Of a DNA stretch of 42,394 nucleotides, positions 40,266 through 42,394 are shown one piece after another. The DNA is from Gemmatimonadota bacterium (lineage in GTDB: Bacteria; Gemmatimonadota; Gemmatimonadetes; Gemmatimonadales; GWC2-71-9). The notes below the pieces were generated by a model. It was not told the DNA's origin. It made no database searches and saw only the letters and a list, made by a program, of their open reading frames with translations. Positions within the stretch are counted from its first letter, which is position 1. Each line of letters begins with the position of its first letter. The DNA lies in the NCBI GenBank assembly GCA_031365045.1, contig JANLXK010000283.1, positions 1 through 42,394 of the forward strand, read 5' to 3'. The translations under genes and the position numbers were made by a program.

Positions 40266-42394
40266 ATGAAAATGCTTCTCATTCACGTAAATCGCCTACT
40301 CCTCAGCGGGCTCCTTCTCGGTGCCGGCGCGGTGGTACCCCTCAGCGCGACCGACGACGTGCCGGCCAATGTCCGCCGGGTTGCTGCCACCGCCGCGCTT
40401 GCGGCGCAGGAGTACCGGATCGGGGTACGCGACGGCAAGGTCATCGCCGCGGCCGAGGTCGCTGAAGCGAAGCTCTTCCTGACCGAAGCGCGGCGCGCGG
40501 CCCTCCTTCTGCCGGCTCCCGGTGGGCGGGAGGTGGTGACCGCGATCGATGGGTTGATCGGAATGGTGGGAACGGTCGCGTCGCCCGATTCGATCGACGC
40601 ACGGGTGCGAGCCCTGAACGCGACGCTCACGACCACCTGGCAGGTCGCGCTCGAAGAGGTCCCGTCTGTTCCCCCGTCGCTCGCCCATGGCCGGGAGCTG
40701 TATGCCCAGCAGTGCACCAGCTGTCACGGCGTACTGGGCCGAGGAGATGGTGTCGCTGCACGGGCGCTGACCCCTCCCCCCGCCGACCTCACGGCGCGCA
40801 GCGTGCTGGCCGGGACCTCGCCGCTCGACTTCTACCGTCGCATCAGCATCGGCGTCACCGGGACCGCGATGCCCTCCTACGAGGGGCGCTTCTCCTCGGC
40901 CGATCGCTGGGCGCTCGCGGTCTACACCGCCTCGCTGCGCCTTCCCCCGGCCTCGGGTGACGTACCGGCCGAGCTCCGTGCGTTCGAGGCGACCGCGCGG
41001 CTCAGCGATTCCGCCGTCGCCGCCGCCATCGCGCCGGGGCGCCCGCTGGATTCGCCCGAGGTGGAGGCCCTGGTCGCCGCCGTCCGGCAGGCGGGGACCC
41101 TCGAAGGCTCCGAGCGTGACTACGCCCCCCTCTTCGCCGATGTCCGGGCCAAGCTCGGCGCGGCGGTGGATGAGGCGGAAGCGGGGCGGGTGGAGCAGGC
41201 GAGCGCCATCGCGTTCGACGCGTACATGGCGTTCGAAGGGGTGGAGTCGACCCTCCGATTGAAGGATGGCGGGCTGGCGGGGAGGCTCGAAGCGCAGTTC
41301 GCGTCGTTCCGCACCCGTGCCGCGGGCGGCGCGACCCAGGCTGAGCTCCGCGAGTTGCACGGGTCGATCCTGGCCCAGCTGGAGCTGGCCGAACGGCTGG
41401 TGGCAGAACGCCCTTCCGTGAGCTCCCAGTTTCTCGAGTCGCTGGGTCTGATGCTCCGCGAGGGGTTGGAGGCGATCCTCATCGTCGGTGCGGTTCTGGC
41501 ATTCCTGACCCGCACCGGGGCCACCAAGCGGAAGCGCGATGTGCACGTCGGGGTGGGTGCCGCGGTGCTGGCGAGCCTGCTCACGGCGGTCGCGCTCGAG
41601 ACCGTCTTCCAGCTCTCGGGTTCCCAGCGGGAGGCGCTCGAGGGGCTCACGATGATCCTGGCCGCCGGCGTGCTCTTCTATGTGAGCTACTGGCTCCTCT
41701 CGAAGATCGAAGTGGCGCGCTGGAACAAGTTCGTGAAGGAGCAGGTGGAAGAAGCGTTGAGCGGGGGTTCGGCATTGGCGCTCGCGTCAGTGGCCTTCCT
41801 GGCGGTGTACCGCGAGGGGTTCGAGACCGTGCTCTTCTACAAGGCGCTCTTCCTGGCGGGCGGGATCGATGCGGTCGCGCCGGTGACGGCAGGGATCGTG
41901 GTGGGGGGGGTCATCCTGGCGTTCGTATACGTCGGGATCGAGCGGTTCGGGGTGCGGCTCCCGCTCAAGCCCTTCTTCGCCGTGACCAGCGCCTTCCTGT
42001 ACTACATGGCGTTCGTCTTCGCCGGGAAGGGGATCGCGGAGCTCCAGGGGGGAGGGTACGTGAGCGTGACGCCGTTCCGCCCTGAGATCCGGTTCCCGAC
42101 CTTCGGCATCTACTCCACCTGGGAGACGCTGGGGCTCCAGTTCCTCCTGGTCGCCGCATTCGTGGGGGCGATGGTGTGGACCTTCCTGATCGAGCCGCGC
42201 CGGATGAAGGTCACGGCGGTGATGGTGCCGGAGTCAGGCGGTCAGGCGGTCGGGCGGTCAGTGAGCAGGGAAGTACCCGGGACGCCCCCCGTCCCTGCCA
42301 AGCACGTGCTGGACCAGGACGTACTGCGCTCGCTCGAACGGATGGAAGCCGACAACGCGGAGCTCCGGGCGGAGCTCGGAGCCTGCCTCGCCGA
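40266..42394 (+). CDS. cytochrome c - FTR1/EfeU-family iron permease fusion (3' end runs off the window)
   Basis: My own translation from ATG 40266 stays open to the window end; this ORF is not in the track. It has a signal peptide, a periplasmic region with CTSCH (40713-40727), then FTR1 TM helices carrying REGLE (41457-41471) and REGFE (41811-41825). A cytoplasmic tail follows. Confidence 0.8.
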   Translation, partial: MKMLLIHVNRLLLSGLLLGAGAVVPLSATDDVPANVRRVAATAALAAQEYRIGVRDGKVIAAAEVAEAKLFLTEARRAALLLPAPGGREVVTAIDGLIGMVGTVASPDSIDARVRALNATLTTTWQVALEEVPSVPPSLAHGRELYAQQCTSCHGVLGRGDGVAARALTPPPADLTARSVLAGTSPLDFYRRISIGVTGTAMPSYEGRFSSADRWALAVYTASLRLPPASGDVPAELRAFEATARLSDSAVAAAIAPGRPLDSPEVEALVAAVRQAGTLEGSERDYAPLFADVRAKLGAAVDEAEAGRVEQASAIAFDAYMAFEGVESTLRLKDGGLAGRLEAQFASFRTRAAGGATQAELRELHGSILAQLELAERLVAERPSVSSQFLESLGLMLREGLEAILIVGAVLAFLTRTGATKRKRDVHVGVGAAVLASLLTAVALETVFQLSGSQREALEGLTMILAAGVLFYVSYWLLSKIEVARWNKFVKEQVEEALSGGSALALASVAFLAVYREGFETVLFYKALFLAGGIDAVAPVTAGIVVGGVILAFVYVGIERFGVRLPLKPFFAVTSAFLYYMAFVFAGKGIAELQGGGYVSVTPFRPEIRFPTFGIYSTWETLGLQFLLVAAFVGAMVWTFLIEPRRMKVTAVMVPESGGQAVGRSVSREVPGTPPVPAKHVLDQDVLRSLERMEADNAELRAELGACLA
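42238..42261 (+). repeat. in-frame tandem octamer repeat I: GCGGTCAG GCGGTCGG GCGGTCAG inside the FTR1-fusion CDS
   Basis: Same GCGGTCRG unit as element E. 3 x 8 = 24 nt keeps the frame and encodes GGQAVGRS in the cytoplasmic tail. Confidence 0.75.

Noticed and set aside
40268-40286. Fur-box-like sequence GAAAATGCTTCTCATTCAC (13 of 19 matches to GATAATGATAATCATTATC by my hand count) at the FTR1 gene start
   Set aside because: The match is only moderate. It overlaps the start codon and first codons rather than a promoter, and the Fur consensus of this lineage is unknown. It is worth a PWM scan but not a call.
1-42394. Mobile elements, prophage, defence islands or toxin-antitoxin pairs
   Set aside because: No transposase, integrase, phage structural, nuclease/helicase defence or TA-like gene pairs are recognisable. 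Composition is uniform apart from short AT-richer promoter patches.

Overview
This is a very GC-rich bacterial chromosomal segment. The gene content and protein style suggest a Gemmatimonadota-like organism, but that is a low-confidence inference. I can support about 39 protein-coding genes in five strand blocks: + 37-9818, - 9939-19501, + 19564-21026, - 21141-25184, + 25291-end. Most encode housekeeping, envelope or redox functions. They include a TsdA-like di-haem cytochrome c, uridine kinase, a Rieske oxygenase, an M48 protease, an MFS transporter, YgfZ, an RpoD-family sigma factor, AroB, a PduO-type adenosyltransferase and ferredoxin-NADP reductase. PBP4, a partial peptide ABC transporter and a truncated cytochrome c-FTR1 iron permease fusion at the 3' edge are also present. 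A 14.7-kb co-directional cluster runs TamA, TamB, lipid kinase, GAF/PAS histidine kinase, sigma-54-type activator, zinc ribbon, NlpC/P60, HAD, CYTH, unknown, AcpS. I see no rRNA, tRNA, CRISPR array, transposase, integrase or prophage genes, and no obviously foreign low-GC island. The most unusual signal is non-coding. It is a recurrent family of long intergenic palindromes whose arms are short tandem repeats of 7-, 8- or 10-mers. The repeat unit differs between loci but the architecture is conserved. The purine-rich arm always comes first and carries stop codons in all three frames plus iterated AGGAG motifs. Several genes terminate inside the arms. One copy fills a divergent promoter region and another straddles the dacB start and signal peptide. 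Related single-arm octamer repeats also occur, one of them inside a coding sequence. The many long antisense ORFs in the track are high-GC shadow ORFs and are not called.
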